Source: Camelus dromedarius (taxonomy: Eukaryota). From it: a DNA stretch of 64,000 nt. Below are positions 1-12,680 of the stretch, piece by piece; the stretch's first letter is position 1; each line of letters begins with the position of its first letter. A program made the translations under genes and the position numbers. The stretch covers positions 95,420,001 to 95,484,000 of the forward strand of contig NC_087472.1 in NCBI RefSeq assembly GCF_036321535.1, given 5' to 3'. Under the pieces are notes generated by a model. It had not been told where the DNA came from. It ran no database searches and saw nothing but the letters and a program-made list of their open reading frames with translations.

Positions 1-854
1 CTCAGTCTTACATTTAAAGTATACACAGTGAATAAGAGCTAATCTATCTCACTACATGGAAAGCATACAGCAGAGTACTAGAACACAGCAAGTATTTATT
101 AAAAGTCAGCTGTAATTGTTATTTCCTCCTCCTCCTCCTCACCACCATCACCATTTGAGCCAAAGAGCTTGGGGCAGCCAGGCTTCTGGCTGTATGGAGG
201 AAGCCAGTACAAAAGCAGACAGGAAATGGAGAAAGCCCATGATTTCATCATCCCTGAAGCCCAGCCTGACCCCTCAACTGCCCATGCTTAGGTTATATGA
301 TCAGAAAAATTCTCCTTTTTGTTGACCTGGTTTGAGTCAGATTTTTGTTACTAGTGATCAGAAGTCCTAACAGAATGAATGCGGAAAGCTTGGAAAGGTT
401 AAAGTTCCATGCAAATCAAGATGTAATTACTTTAAAAATTTTTTAACCCCAAACTTCCATTGCAGTCTTATCGTCCATTACCCTTTTAATGCACACTATG
501 CTCCAGTCATCCATGTCTCTTGTTGCACTTAATCTATTGGTTCCCTTTGTCTGAAATGGTCCACTCTTTTCTGCCTGTTTAAAATTATATCCTTCATTCC
601 ACCCATAGATTATATGTCACCACCTCTATGAAATGACACTTCCATTGATCATCTACATCAGAAGTAATCTGTTCCTCCTCTGAACTTCTAAGTTTCTTCG
701 TTGGACCCTGTCAAAATTCATCCTATTTTGCATTTTAGCCATTAGTAGCCAAATCATTTTACATTTGTCTTCTAAGAACACTTTAATTTCTTTGCCTCAG
801 TGTCACAGGAAACCATTGCAAATAACGATAAGAATTAAAAATGAGTGTACTCAC

Positions 855-937
855 AGATACGGGGTAAAAGCTGCGTTGGTATTGTGACCTCCTTATTTTC
901 ACTTTTTAAAATATCTTGTGGACACATAAAGTTCAAG
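855..937 (-). CDS. Candidate internal or first coding exon of an unidentified minus-strand gene (LNFMCPQDILKSENKEVTIPTQLLPRI)
   Basis: Long poly-T tract with GCTGCAG acceptor (AG at 939-938) and a GTGAGT donor (GT at 854-853). The exon is 83 nt with one fully open frame and is not recognisably repeat-derived. The protein is not recognised. Confidence 0.5.
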
Positions 938-1126
938 CTGCAGCAAAAAAAAAAAAAAAAAAGAAAGAAAGAAAAATAAAAAATTCATGTTAAAATTTCT
1001 GTATGTTAAAAAATTTACTTTTTGAAAATTATTCCTCAATATAAAGGGAAAAAGTTCTTTAAGTATGTTTAAAGTGTACAATAGAGTTAAAGTAACAACC
1101 TCTCTCCACAGAATTCATCTTAGGTT

Positions 1127-1325
1127 AGTGGTTCTTCAGTTTTCACATGGCTCATAATCACCTGGAAGGCTTAGTAAAACACATTGCTGGGCTCCACCAT
1201 CAGATTTTCTGACTCAGTAGATCTAGCGTAGATCTAACTGTGGAGGAGACCAAGAATTTACTTTTCTAACAAGTTCTCAAAAGATGCCAATGCTGCTGGG
1301 CCAGGGACCACATTTTCAGACTGTC
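1127..1325. mobile_element. MER5A-like hAT-Charlie DNA transposon relic
   Basis: agtggttct...aatcacctggaaggcttagtaaaacacattgctgggctcc...ttttctaacaagttctc...gggaccaca resembles MER5A. Confidence 0.7.
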
Positions 1326-2874
1326 TTACATAATTTTAATTCAAAGGAAAAATTTAGCCTAAGGAAGACCAAGCTAAGAAATCTGTCTGATTTACATTGT
1401 GGCTCTATTTCTTGTTAAAAGAGCAAAAGCACAGATTAAAAAAGGTAAGTTTTAAATGCCCTCTGTCCCACAATTTATTTTGCCCCTGCCTCCAAAATAT
1501 ATGTCTTTGTTTTCCCCACAATTTCACTGGGATGCTTAAAAATCAGTATTTACTGGTTAAACAGCTATACTCATTTATTGCTGATTTATTGCTGATAGTA
1601 GCATAAATAGCTTTTGAAGAGCAATAAAGCAACACATAAAGATGCTCAGATGTTTTAAAAGAATAATTCCACTCTTAGGAATATTAAATAGAAGGGAAAA
1701 AGTATGTACACAAAGATGTTAAAGTTTTATCTGTAGCAGCCATAAATTAGAAACTATATGAATGCCCAAATTTAGGGGAACAATTTCATAAATTACAGTA
1801 CTGGAAAACAATATACTATTATACAACCATTAACATAAAGATTACAAATATAATGTAGAAACGTGAAAAATAATTCTGATTTAATATCAAGTAGAGAATA
1901 ACACTGAAACTATGTAAAGATGAATTCATATATGGAAGTTAAGCTGCAAAAATTAAAACAGATGTTTTATGGTGGTTGGTGGGCTTTCTTTTTATTTTGT
2001 ACACCAGTGATAAAGATGTTATCTCTGAGTAGCAACTCTCCTCTAGACTGCTCTGGTATGCTGGGACTGAGACTCTGGGAATCCCATTTGCACTCAGCCA
2101 GCTGCTTCCTATTAGACTTTACCACTAGGAGGTGGTAGAGGAAGACCATAAGACTGGAAGATGACAAAGGACTAGGCTTGTTTCTTGTTCTTTTGAGTCA
2201 TCTGAACGATGGTTCTGAACCCCAGCAACAGCTTTTAGTTCTAGTCTGTAGTTTCCGCACGTGCTCAGAACCAGCCTCATTGCACCCTCTCACAGATGCC
2301 ACCATCAGATGGCCCACACCCCACCTTCATAGGTCTGCACCCAGTTCCTGAAACTCCTCTAAGGTCTATATTTTAATAATCCCTGTCTCCTTCCTTTGAT
2401 CCCACCGTCCTAAGAGTATACACATTTACCTGCTGTTACTACCACTAGTATACCTCTACATCCTCACTTTGCCTTTTTGGTTCTCTAATACTTGATTAAC
2501 AATTCTTTATATTAACCTGCATCAGTTCAAAAAACTGGTGGTCCTTTTGACTGGACCTTGATGGATAAACCTTTCTTCACTATTGTATCATACTGTCTTT
2601 CAAATTTAAAAAAACATATCAACTCTAAGAGTAGGCTGATACGTGAAAAATAATTGAAAGAAATAAATACTTAGCTAAATGCCTTTATTTCCTGGAGAAA
2701 ATTAATTAAAACTCTGATACTTACATAGTCTTGCTTTATGCCAGATAAATAGTATCAAATAAATAAATGTTGATCTTCCATAGGTTGATTTTAGTATTTA
2801 CATTCACTCTTAAATTAATGCATAGACCTGATCTGGAACTCCATGAAATAGCACCTAAACACATTTATCTGCAG

Positions 2875-3320
2875 TTCTGATTCAGTAAGTATTTACAGAG
2901 CACCTTCTATGTGCCAAGCTCTGTGCTAAATAATGGGATACAAAGCTCTTACCCACAAGAAAACTAACAGTTAAAAGACCACATGTTAAATGCAGTGATA
3001 GAAATAGGCTTGGGTTGCCATGGGAACAAAAGGCATCTTTCGTATGTTCTGACCACTTTCTCTGCTCCCTATTGCTTCAACAATAGTGGGAAGATTTTAG
3101 CCAGAGGAGAAGGGGCCAAAAAAAAAAACAAAAAACAAAAAAAAGCATTCTAGGAAAGGGATCCCAAAGGTAAAGGGCATGGAGGTGTGAAAAAGTATAG
3201 TATACTTGATCTGTGAATAGTTTATGGCAGAAACAAGATTGGCAGCAAAGATACGGGCCTGGTTCAGCTGGTCAAAGAATTTGGAGTCAGTGATGGATTT
3301 TTAAACAATATCTTGATATT
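2875..3320 (-). mobile_element. L2 LINE 3' fragment
   Basis: attcagtaagtatttacagagcaccttctatgtgcc is the reverse complement of the L2 3' end, followed by degenerate L2 body. Confidence 0.55.
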
Positions 3321-3869
3321 TTAAGGACATTTCCTGCCTAGCATGGGTTTTGACAATTGGCACACTGAGAGGATTCTATGGCCTGCTGTCAGCATAAGTG
3401 GGATATGTCCCTGGTTGGTTCTTAAACTGCCTTTCATCTACCCACTCCTTGATCCATTTTTGCTTGCTCTATATTGATTGCTGCTTGATGGCTGCAAATC
3501 CTGTTTACTCTGGCCTTTATACTTTGACATCTCTATTGATTACATTTTCTCTGCCTCAAAACCTTCCCAGTTCTTCCCTCCCGTGGCTTGCCTCCTACTC
3601 CGTAGTTCTGTGCTTGTTCTAGGCATGACTGCTCCCATTTGATCTATTCAACTTGGTCCTGTTAGACTCTCTTGGTAGTCGACCTCAACAAGCAGCCCTG
3701 ATGAGTGAAACTCAGAATCCTAGGCTCAACCTTGATTCCAGAGACCCTGCCCTTCAGGAAACTTGTGGCACAGGGTTAGGTATGAATTTGATAGAGGATT
3801 TGAGACTACACAGACCTGAGTTTACATCTCAGGCCCAACACTTACTAGTTTGATAAAGACAGTGTTCAC

Positions 3870-4190
3870 CAAATACTCTATTTGCAATCCCTTATTTCTA
3901 GCCTCCCTTCCAATTAGGTTGATGTCACATGACTAGTTCTGACCAGTGAGAAGCAGTTAAGTGTGCCTTGTCTATTACTTCCACCTTTACTTTCTTGGAA
4001 ACCTGTTTCAGATGATGTAGGTACAAGGTGCAGAGCCTACGTCATCTTGAGTCTCTTAATAGCTATATTAAGTAGAGCCCCCAACTAACCCACATCAGAT
4101 ATGTAACATGAGTGAGAATAAATAAACACAATAAGCACAGTAGAACTTTGTTGTGTTTAACTGTTTTGATTTCAGAGTTAATTCTTCCCA
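3870..4190 (+). mobile_element. Old MLT1-type MaLR LTR inserted in a MIR
   Basis: tttctagcctcccttccaattaggtt...catgactagttctgaccagtgag...atgagtgagaataaata; MIR-like sequence lies on both sides. Confidence 0.5.
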
Positions 4191-4292
4191 CACAATCCTA
4201 CCTTAATAAATCCATTAATTACATGGTTTTGGACAAGCTATGTAACTTCTTTAGTGTTCAGTTTTCTCATCAGAAAAATAGGGATGATACCT

Positions 4293-4396
4293 TGCTATGG
4301 GATGAATATATCCACCTCAAATTCTTATGTTGAAACCTAATCCCCATTGTGAAGGTATTTGTAGGTGGGGCCTTTGGGGGGGGGGGGGGGGGGGGG

Positions 4397-4428
<32 letters not shown>

Positions 4429-4664
4429 AATATAAGGATCAGTGCCCCTATGAAAAGGCCCCAGAGAAGGCCCTCACCCCTTCTGCCATGTGAGGACATG
4501 GTGAAAAGAAGGCCGTCTGTGAAGCAGGAAGTGGGTCCTCACCAGACTCCAAATCTACTGGCACTTTTATCTTGGGCCTCCAGAACTGTGAGAAATAAAT
4601 TTCTGTTGTATATAAGTCACCCAGACTATGGTTTTCAGTTAGAGCAGCCCAAATGGACTAAGCC
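4293..4664 (+). mobile_element. MLT1A-like MaLR solo LTR
   Basis: Starts tgctatgg...tatgttgaaacctaatcccc and ends ccagaactgtgagaaataaatttctgttg...gcagcccaaatggactaag. Confidence 0.8.
4376..4428 (+). repeat. Poly-G tract (~53 nt, one A interruption)
   Basis: Directly visible. It produces the poly-Gly and poly-Pro ORFs in the track. Confidence 0.95.
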
Positions 4665-6215
4665 TCACGGGGCTGGATAAAGATTAATGAGATAATAGGT
4701 CAATGACCAACTATTCCATTACATGTGTTTCTGTAGCATGAGTTAGTTCATATGTGATTGGTAAAATGGGGAATGATATATAGTACAGAAGTCAGATTGG
4801 TCCATGCCCCATTTTTCCCAGCATAGTGACAGTTTGTCTACTGAGTAACCAGACCTCAATACCAAGTACACTACACAAGAGATGAAGGCTAGAGACAGAA
4901 CTAAGTCTTGATAAGAGCCTTCCTCAACCATCCTTTGACTTGCCTAGACATCCATCTTCCTGGCGTACGCCAAATTTTTTTCTTCATTCCTCTGAAATCC
5001 TTTCCTACTTCTTTGCACTTGATATCCAAATGCTTTTGCTTGCTTAGGTTTCTGGTTGCGCCTGATCTCCACCTGGCCTTCCAAGTTCTGACACAGGACT
5101 TACTTTAGGATACTTCCCTGGTACCCACAATTTTATGACCTGGAACTAGGGCCAGGCATCTTGATTATAATCCTAACATAATATTAGATAAGAAATACAG
5201 GAGGAACAAGGCAGGGCACAGGTAGGGTGGAGAGTTATTGGATGCAATTCTTAGTGAAGACAGTTGGCTACGTAATTAAGAAGCTCAGAGGGGAAAAAAG
5301 GGACTAGAGGTATGACTTGGATGTGGGAGATATTCCTTATGGGAAGTAGTTGAATCCAAGGGTGAAAAAGCAGCTATCCTATGAGATGATAGATGCACAA
5401 GAGACAGAGATTTAGGGAACACCAATATTTAAGGGGCAGTGCAGAAAGTATGAGGTCATTTGGACATGATGGAGTCTAGAAATATCAACATTTAGGAAAC
5501 ATTTACAGTTCTAAGTTCTATATCCATATTAAAACAAAGCACACAACCTACTTTCTTAGATTTTATAATATATAGATTTGGGCCAGCATAAATCAACCTG
5601 TAAATGAAAAATATATAATGTATTATGAGTTAAACAAAAGTTCCAGAAGGTTCTTTAGGCAGGCTAATTCACAGCCAATTGATTAAAGATTCAAATTAAG
5701 AGGCTAAGTAATAGAATGTGTACTTCCCTGGTCTTACCATCAACAGGCATCCTGCTAAGGCACAGACCCACAAATCCCAAAAGATGAGCCCTCAGATCTT
5801 CCTAGTACCTTGGGCTTCTAGGACAACAAACACCTCCCGGCATACACTGCCTTTAGACATCTTAAGGACAAAGCAGGCATAAAACCTTGGCACCGCTGTC
5901 TTTTATACTTGAAAATTCTGGGAGGAAAAAAGGGATATGCCAGAGAACTTGAATTCAAATATCCCAGTATTCAAAAATGAGTGTCATCTCTACTGGGAGG
6001 TACAGGCTAGCTAGTTTGAGATTAATCCATGAAAAGGTACTAGAAGCGATCACTAAAGATGAATTATGAACATTTAGATCATGAATTAGCAACATGACTT
6101 CATTAACAAAGCATAGCAAGCAAATCTCATTTGGTTTCTGGTAGGAAACCAAAGTAATAACTCAGAGGATTGACACAGACATCATGTACGGAGCGTTCAG
6201 AACATTATCTCATGT

Positions 6216-6332
6216 TAGGGTGATACCAATTGTCTTGGTTTGCTCAGGACTGAGGGGGTCTGAAAAGACATAGGAATTCCTGTTTTAAAATCAAGAAAGT
6301 TCCAGGCAAACCAAGACAAGTTGGTCACCCTA
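6216..6332. mobile_element. MER81-like hAT-Blackjack non-autonomous DNA transposon
   Basis: Terminal inverted repeats tagggtga...tcacccta and internal inverted arms ttgtcttggtttgc / gcaaaccaagacaa; ~117 bp. Confidence 0.75.
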
Positions 6333-6717
6333 CGACAATGCTCTTGTGGATAAAGTACTCAACTATGGCCTAGAGGATTCTCTTATGAGGGCAAAACCAA
6401 TACTTAAATAATTAAAACTTCTAAGTATTGATTATTTGTTCTCATTCAGTGGGGAAGTTATCTCTAGTGGTATGCCACAGAGCTCTTTCCTTCACTATAT
6501 GCTGCTGAACAGCATTATCTATGACATGAATGAAGTCACAGTAGGAATTTTTATCAAAATAATAGACACAAACATAGGGGATTCTGTATTCATCTACATA
6601 TATAGCAAATGTTTACTAAGCATCTATTATGCTCTGAGCACTTTTTTAGGTTTTAGATACAGCAGAGAACAAGGCAAAGATCCTACCCTTGTGGTAGACA
6701 AATAAAAATATAATAGG

Positions 6718-9200
6718 AGAGTGATGTCAGCATCATGGTGATTTGGCATATTCCCTTCGTCTCTCCCCTTCAATCTATAACCAGTAAAACATCTATAATT
6801 CAACAAAGGTGCCTCTCCCAGAACACCAGGACGCCAGAGAATTCCGCACATCTGTACACCTAAAGGAAGGTGGACTACAGTATGACGAGCAGGCAGGACT
6901 GGGGGCACAGTGGAGGAGGTGCCACCACCCTGGATCCCCAGCCATGGCAGCTGAGCTCATAGCCCCAGAGAACCTAGTAGCAACAGGGAAAGGAGCGTAC
7001 AGGACACCAGCCTCCCAGCAGTCACAGCCACAGGCAGACAGCAGCAGCAGCAAGGTCTGTGACCCTCCCTATCCATCTACAGGGCTGCCTGAGACTCTAC
7101 CCACTGCCTCCACTCAGCAGCGGTGCCTGCAAACCCAACAATCCTGATCATGGCAGAGATACCCGTGATCCGGCCCTCTCCCTCCCTCCTACCTACCCTC
7201 ACTGCAGCAGAGCCTACAGCCCACGAGACCCCAGACACAGAGGAGTCCACCATCCCAGTGCCCCAGGGGGCAACACCAGCAACATTAGGAGCAGCAAGGC
7301 ACCAAGGACCCCAGAGGCACAAGCAGTGTCAAGGAGGGCACCAGGTAACACCACTGACATGGGTGGTGGAGGGTAGGAAGTGATGACTCTCAAATATAAC
7401 CAGAATCAACTCAGGTAAGACAAACCAAAACTTGTGCCAGGGTGCCACCTACTTGAAAACAAACAAAGAAAAAAGCCTCTAATTACTAACCTGTTGAATC
7501 AATAAAATCAAGTTTAAAAAAAGAAAAAAAAAAACAGCTTTACCTAAGAAAGGTGTTCACTACCTCAAATGTACCAGCAGAGAAAAAACTCATCAAGTAC
7601 CATGAAGAACCATGGTAACACGGTATCACTAAAAGAAAAAGACAATTCTCCAGAAACCAGACTTAAAGTCATGGAATACTGCAATCTAACTGGTAGAGAA
7701 TTCAAAATCGTTGTCATGAGAAAAGAATTCAAAGTAGTTGTCACGAAGAAACTCAAGGCACTTTAAGAAAACTCAGAAAGGCATTCAACAAGAGGAAGAA
7801 AATGAATGAACAGAAGGAATACTTTGTCAAAGAGATTGAAACTCTAAAAAAGAATCAAACAAGAATTCTGAAGCTGAAGAGCTCCATAAGTAAGATGAAG
7901 AATGCATTAAAAGCGCTGGAAATAGAGCAGACTATATGGAAGAGAATTAGTGAGCATGAAGAAAGAAATCTAGAAACGATACATGTAGAAGAGGAGAAAG
8001 AATCAAGGACCAAAAGGAGGAGGAGGCAGAGGCAAAGAAGGAGGCAATGGGGAAGGAGAAGAAATCCTATGTAAGACCTGAAGCCATAAAACTTCTAGAA
8101 GAAAACATTGGCGGTTTGCTATTTGACATTGGGCTTAGTAGTATCTTTCTGGATATGTCTCCTCAGACAAGGGAAACAAAAGAAAATTAACGGGCACATC
8201 AAACTAGTAAGATTCTACCGCAGCAAAGGAAACTATCATCAAAATGAAAAGACAACCTACCAAATGGGAAAATATATGCATATCATATTGCAATAAGGGG
8301 TTAGTATCTAAAATACATAAAGAACTAATAAAACTTAATAAACCAAACCCAATTTTAAAACTAAGTAGAGGAGCTAAATAGACATTTTTCCAAAGAAGAC
8401 ATACAGATGACCAACAGGCACATGAAGAGATGTTCAATATTACTAAGTATTAGGGAAATGCAAATCAAAACCATAATGAGATATCACCTCACACCTATCA
8501 GAATGGCTATTATCAAAAAAGTAAGAAGTAAGTGTTGGAGAGGGTGTGGAGAAAAGGGAACCCTAATACACTTTTGGTGGGAATGTAAATGGGTGCAGCC
8601 ACTACAGGAAACAGTATGGAGGTTCCTCAAAAAATTAAGAACAGAACTGCCATATGATCCAGCTATTCTACTTCCGGGTACTGATCCAAAGAACATGAAA
8701 ACATTAACTTGAAAAGATACATGCACCCCAATGTTCATCCCAGCACTATTTACAATAGCTGAGATATGGAAACAATCTTAAGTGTCCATAGACAGATGAA
8801 TGGATAAAGAAGATGTGGTGTATTTTAATACAATGGAATACTACCCAGCCATAAAAATGATGAAATCTTGCCATTTGTGACAACATGGATGGACCTTGAG
8901 GGTATTATGCTAAGCGAAATAAATCAGATGGAGAAAGATAAATACCATACGATTTCACTCATGTGTGGAATATAAAAAAACAAACAAAATGCCCCAAATA
9001 AATGAACAAATCAAACCAAATAACAACACACAGATACAGAGAACAGAGGAGTGGTTATCACAGGTAAAGGGGTTCGATTGTACAGTAATGGATAGAAAAA
9101 CTAAACTTTTGGTAGTGAACACGCTGTAGTGTACACAGAAGTCAAAATATAATATTGTGCACATGAAACTTATATAATGTTATAAGCCAATAAAAAATAA
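6718..9200 (+). mobile_element. Internally deleted LINE-1 (5' UTR, ORF1 N-terminus, ORF2 C-terminus, 3' UTR)
   Basis: ORF1-like peptides (EFKIVVMRK, EIETLKKNQTRILKLK) at 7570-8070. ORF2 C-terminal peptide MKRCS...[15 protein letters not shown]...[11 protein letters not shown]...ELPYDPAI at 8407-8712. L1 3' UTR and A-rich tail follow. Confidence 0.85.
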
Positions 9201-9599
9201 ATATATATATACATACATACACATATATTCATATGTATGGATACATATATATGTAGTCAGGAAGTGAGAAGATCTAGGAAAAAAATTCATCTGCTTAAGA
9301 GACTAGAGATTGGAAAAAAAAAAAAAAAAAAGACTAGAGACTGGCTGGGAAGGTAGGTGATTAAGGAAGGATTCTTCCTGGAGGTGACATGTGAACAGAG
9401 AGATGACTGAAGTGCAAAAACCATGGAAAGAACTGAAAACTAAGAAAAGTTCAGACCCTGAAACAGGAATGAGACTTGCCCCAGGTTTCAACATACTCTA
9501 CCTCAAAATAAACAATATTTTAAGAGCTTTATTTAGTAGTTTAAAACTTTCTTTCTACATCAAAGAGGACATAACCAAGATTGCATGCTGTCTCCACAA

Positions 9600-11000
9600 T
9601 CTAAAACGACGGTATCATTTTAATAGGAACGGAAGAGACGCCTGAGACAAGATAATGGTGAGTCTCGGTTCTGAGTGTCGAGAACGGTCTGGTCAGATCC
9701 CCTTACCTGGTAAGGGGAGGTGGAAGCAGACTGTGGTTCGTCCTGGAACCCAGAGTTGAGGGGGGACAGGACCCGCTGTGGGATTAAGGGCGCGCAAGCC
9801 TAAGCCCCAGGTGGGGAGTGAGAGGCTAATGGCAAAGGGTGATTATATTGCTGAAAGTGGGAGGGTGGAAATCAGAGAACACCTGAAACATCAAGTTCCT
9901 GAAAGCTGTCAAAAGCAACAGAAAACGGGGGCTTAAACAGAGAACAGGCAAAGAAGACCCCCTCAAGCAACACTTTGCAGAGTTCTTTGGTCTTTAATAC
10001 TGCCAAGTGTGAGGCGAGGAGGGGGCTGTTAAAGGTTCTGAGCTATTGCTTACAATCAAAGAAACCAACCTACCAAAGAATTTCAAAAGAGCTATGTATT
10101 GAAAGGTACTCTTTTAGAAAGTTGCTTGGATGTGAAGCCTCCCGGTAACCATGCAGAGGAGGGTTTATCTCCTTCCTCAGCCCCTTAGCCCAGGCCTTGT
10201 CCTAGAGGCCTTCCAGAAAAGGCGTTTCAAATCTGATTAGTCAGATTCCAGCCCAATAATTAGCCCACTATTGTCAGATGTTTCTATCAGTTATCTAGTG
10301 CTGCAAAACAAACTGCCTCAAATCAGGGTGGCCTAAATGCCACTCCCGATGCTCCAGCTCAGTGATTCGGTCTGGACTCATTTGGGCATTGCTTCTGCGG
10401 CCCTTGCTCCTCAGAGGGACGGGATGGTCCATTACGGCTTCACTCACCTGTCTGGCGGCTCCTGTTGTTTGCAAGCTTGGCTTCTCTCTCCTCGGCGTGT
10501 CCTATCATCCACAAGGAGGCTGGCCTGACTTCTTCACACGACCATCTCAGGGCTCCAAGGGAGCGGAAGAAACTACAAAGCCTCCTACCGCCTCAGCTCC
10601 AGAGCGCATACAACGCGCGCCGGCCGCCCTGGGTTGGTCAGAGCAAGTCAGGCCGGCCCAGACAGAAGAGCGGGCGAAATCCAGTCCACTTCGTGCTGCA
10701 GGGAGCAGCCAAGTCATGTCCAACAGGAAGGGACTATTATGAGCAACTTGGCAAACGATCTACTGCAGGGTGAGAGGTCACTTCTCTTCGACTTCCTCCG
10801 TCAAAGGGGCGAAGCAAGATGATCTGATTCCAGGCTCCTTCCTCTCTCCCACCTCCCTCCAGAACTCTCCTGCAGGAAATGGTGCAGGCTGCTTTGTTTT
10901 CCCCATCACACCCTCCTACGACGCAGCTGTTGGGCCTAGTGGAGGCGTTCTCCTCCTCCCACAGTAGTCCCTGCCCAATCAAGAGCTCCCGTCATTTAGA
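9600..11000. promoter_or_regulatory. CpG-enriched, promoter-like region
   Basis: Many more CpGs than the flanks. Contains an ETS-like ACGGAAG (~9629), a CCCAATCA CCAAT box (~10974-10981), and consensus splice donors at 9657/9658 (+), 9709/9710 (+) and 9707/9706 (-). Confidence 0.45.
10285..10768 (-). mobile_element. Old MLT1(J/K)-type MaLR LTR, CpG-rich
   Basis: tatcagttatctagtgctgcaaaacaaac...ggcttcactcacctgtctgg...ttggtcagagcaagtca...gcccagac matches an antisense MLT1 layout. Confidence 0.6.
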
Positions 11001-12201
11001 GGGCCTGGAGGCCTGAGATTCCAGGGGAAAATGAGAGACAGGTGTTCCTGCACTACTTATGGAAGCCAGCTTTGGGGGAGCAACATTTATCCAATGAACA
11101 AAAAGATGATCTTTTGATAGTCTTCTTTTTTGTTCTCTTGAGCATAGTTTCCTTAGGAACCTCACGGAAGAGGGAATGATCTAATTACAAGTGAAGCCAG
11201 AATTCTAGTTTTTCTAGTCTCCTTGGCTACAATGCCATCTAATGGAAATAAGGCCTCACCCTTATTCTTTACAAATAAAAAAATGAAGCCTCCCTTGTGA
11301 AGACTTCCCTGAGCATCCCCTCTCCCCACTTAAGCCTACACCCCGCCTGCTGTCTCTGTACCGTATGCACATATTATATATACTTCAATGTACTTGTTTC
11401 TTTTAAGTGTCTGTCCTGCCCCACCCCCGAGGGAGGTTCGTGCACATCTTTGTAACGTTAGCTACACCGTGACTGGCACAGGTAGGAATTCTATAAGTGT
11501 CTGTGAAATTGAGTTGAATTGATTATAACAGTGAATAAAAATTCCAGATCTTCAAAACTACAAACTAATAGATATGCTAATGCAGCTCAGAGCAGCTCCA
11601 CGGGCAAAGGGCATTTAAGCAGTATCTCTGGCGTTATATAAACTACCCAAGGGAAGAGAAGTTTCTGGGATGTTCTACACAGACTACATCCCCTCCCACT
11701 TTTCTTCTCACTAGAACAAGTTTCTCAGAGAGAGAGAATATGAATGAATGAATGGGGGGGGGGGTCTGTGTATGAGAAAAGGGATAAACTTTGTGATTAA
11801 TAAACCCTTTAAATCAGAATTCTATGCCCATTAGCAATTTGTCTTAAAATGTTACTCTCTGATATTGGGGTTTATAGGAGATATGTTACTTGACTGTGCA
11901 AAGGGGATTCCCTGATTAATTCAGATCTTAAAAGTCCATACACTTAAAACTGAAAAAGAAGCATGTAGGCATTGATAATTGCCAGGAAAAGAATGGACTC
12001 ATGAACATAAGGACCAAAAAATCAAGTCTGCAAATGACAAAGGAATGAGAAAAATGACACGAAAAAGAAAAGCTAAGTCCTAAGAACAGACTTCAAATGA
12101 GAAAGGAAAACCTCTCCTCTGTTACTTCCAGCTTTCCATCAGCAAAAATGATCATCAAATTGGAAAGAGTAGAACAAACTTCATTTAAAGGGAATAGGGT
12201 A

Positions 12202-12285
12202 AGGGGGTAATAGCTCAATGGTAGAGCACATGCTTAGCATGCATGAAGTCCAGTAACTCTATTAAAAAAGTAAAATAAAACAAAA
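12202..12285 (+). mobile_element. tRNA-derived SINE (Vic-1-like), B-box deleted
   Basis: tagctcaatggtagagcacatgcttagcatgcatgaagtcc followed by an A-rich tail. Confidence 0.8.
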
Positions 12286-12356
12286 GGAACTGAAGACCAA
12301 ATATGTAAAGTAGTGTGAGCCACTTTAAATGCACTTGGATCTCAACAGTAAACAAT

Positions 12357-12510
12357 TGAGTGTGGTCCATGGACTAGTAGCATCAGTATCACCTGGAAGC
12401 TTTTTAGAAACAATTTTGGGCCTCACCTCAGATCTGCTGTGTCAGAATCTGCAATTTAAGAAGACTCTCAGGTGATTTTGCAAACACATTCAATTTAAAA
12501 ATACTGGTCT
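12357..12510. mobile_element. MER5A-like DNA transposon relic
   Basis: gtgtggtccatggactagtagcatcagtatcacctggaagc...cagaatctgcaatttaagaag...actggtcta. Confidence 0.7.
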
Positions 12511-12519
12511 AGGAACCAT

Positions 12520-12680
12520 GTTGGGAGATTTATGTATATGATTTCATTTAAACTTTACAAAAACCCTATGAGGCAGATTTTAATTCCTCTTAGTATAAAT
12601 GAAGAAACTCAAGCTCAAATAAAGTAAGTCACTTGCTTAGTGTCAGAGTTAGTAAATAATGAGACTAGGATTCCAACCCT
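12520..12680 (-). mobile_element. MIR SINE
   Basis: aaccctatgaggcag...aatgaagaaactcaagctca...gtaagtcacttgc matches the MIR core in antisense. Confidence 0.65.

Noticed and set aside
4317..4680. Poly-Gly and poly-Pro ORFs
   Set aside because: They arise from the poly-G tract inside an LTR.
6793..7383. Cluster of overlapping 80-112 aa ORFs
   Set aside because: They lie in the GC-richer L1 5' UTR, where stop-poor frames are expected.
10337..10982. Overlapping ORFs up to 126 aa
   Set aside because: GC-rich LTR/promoter sequence with no recognisable protein.
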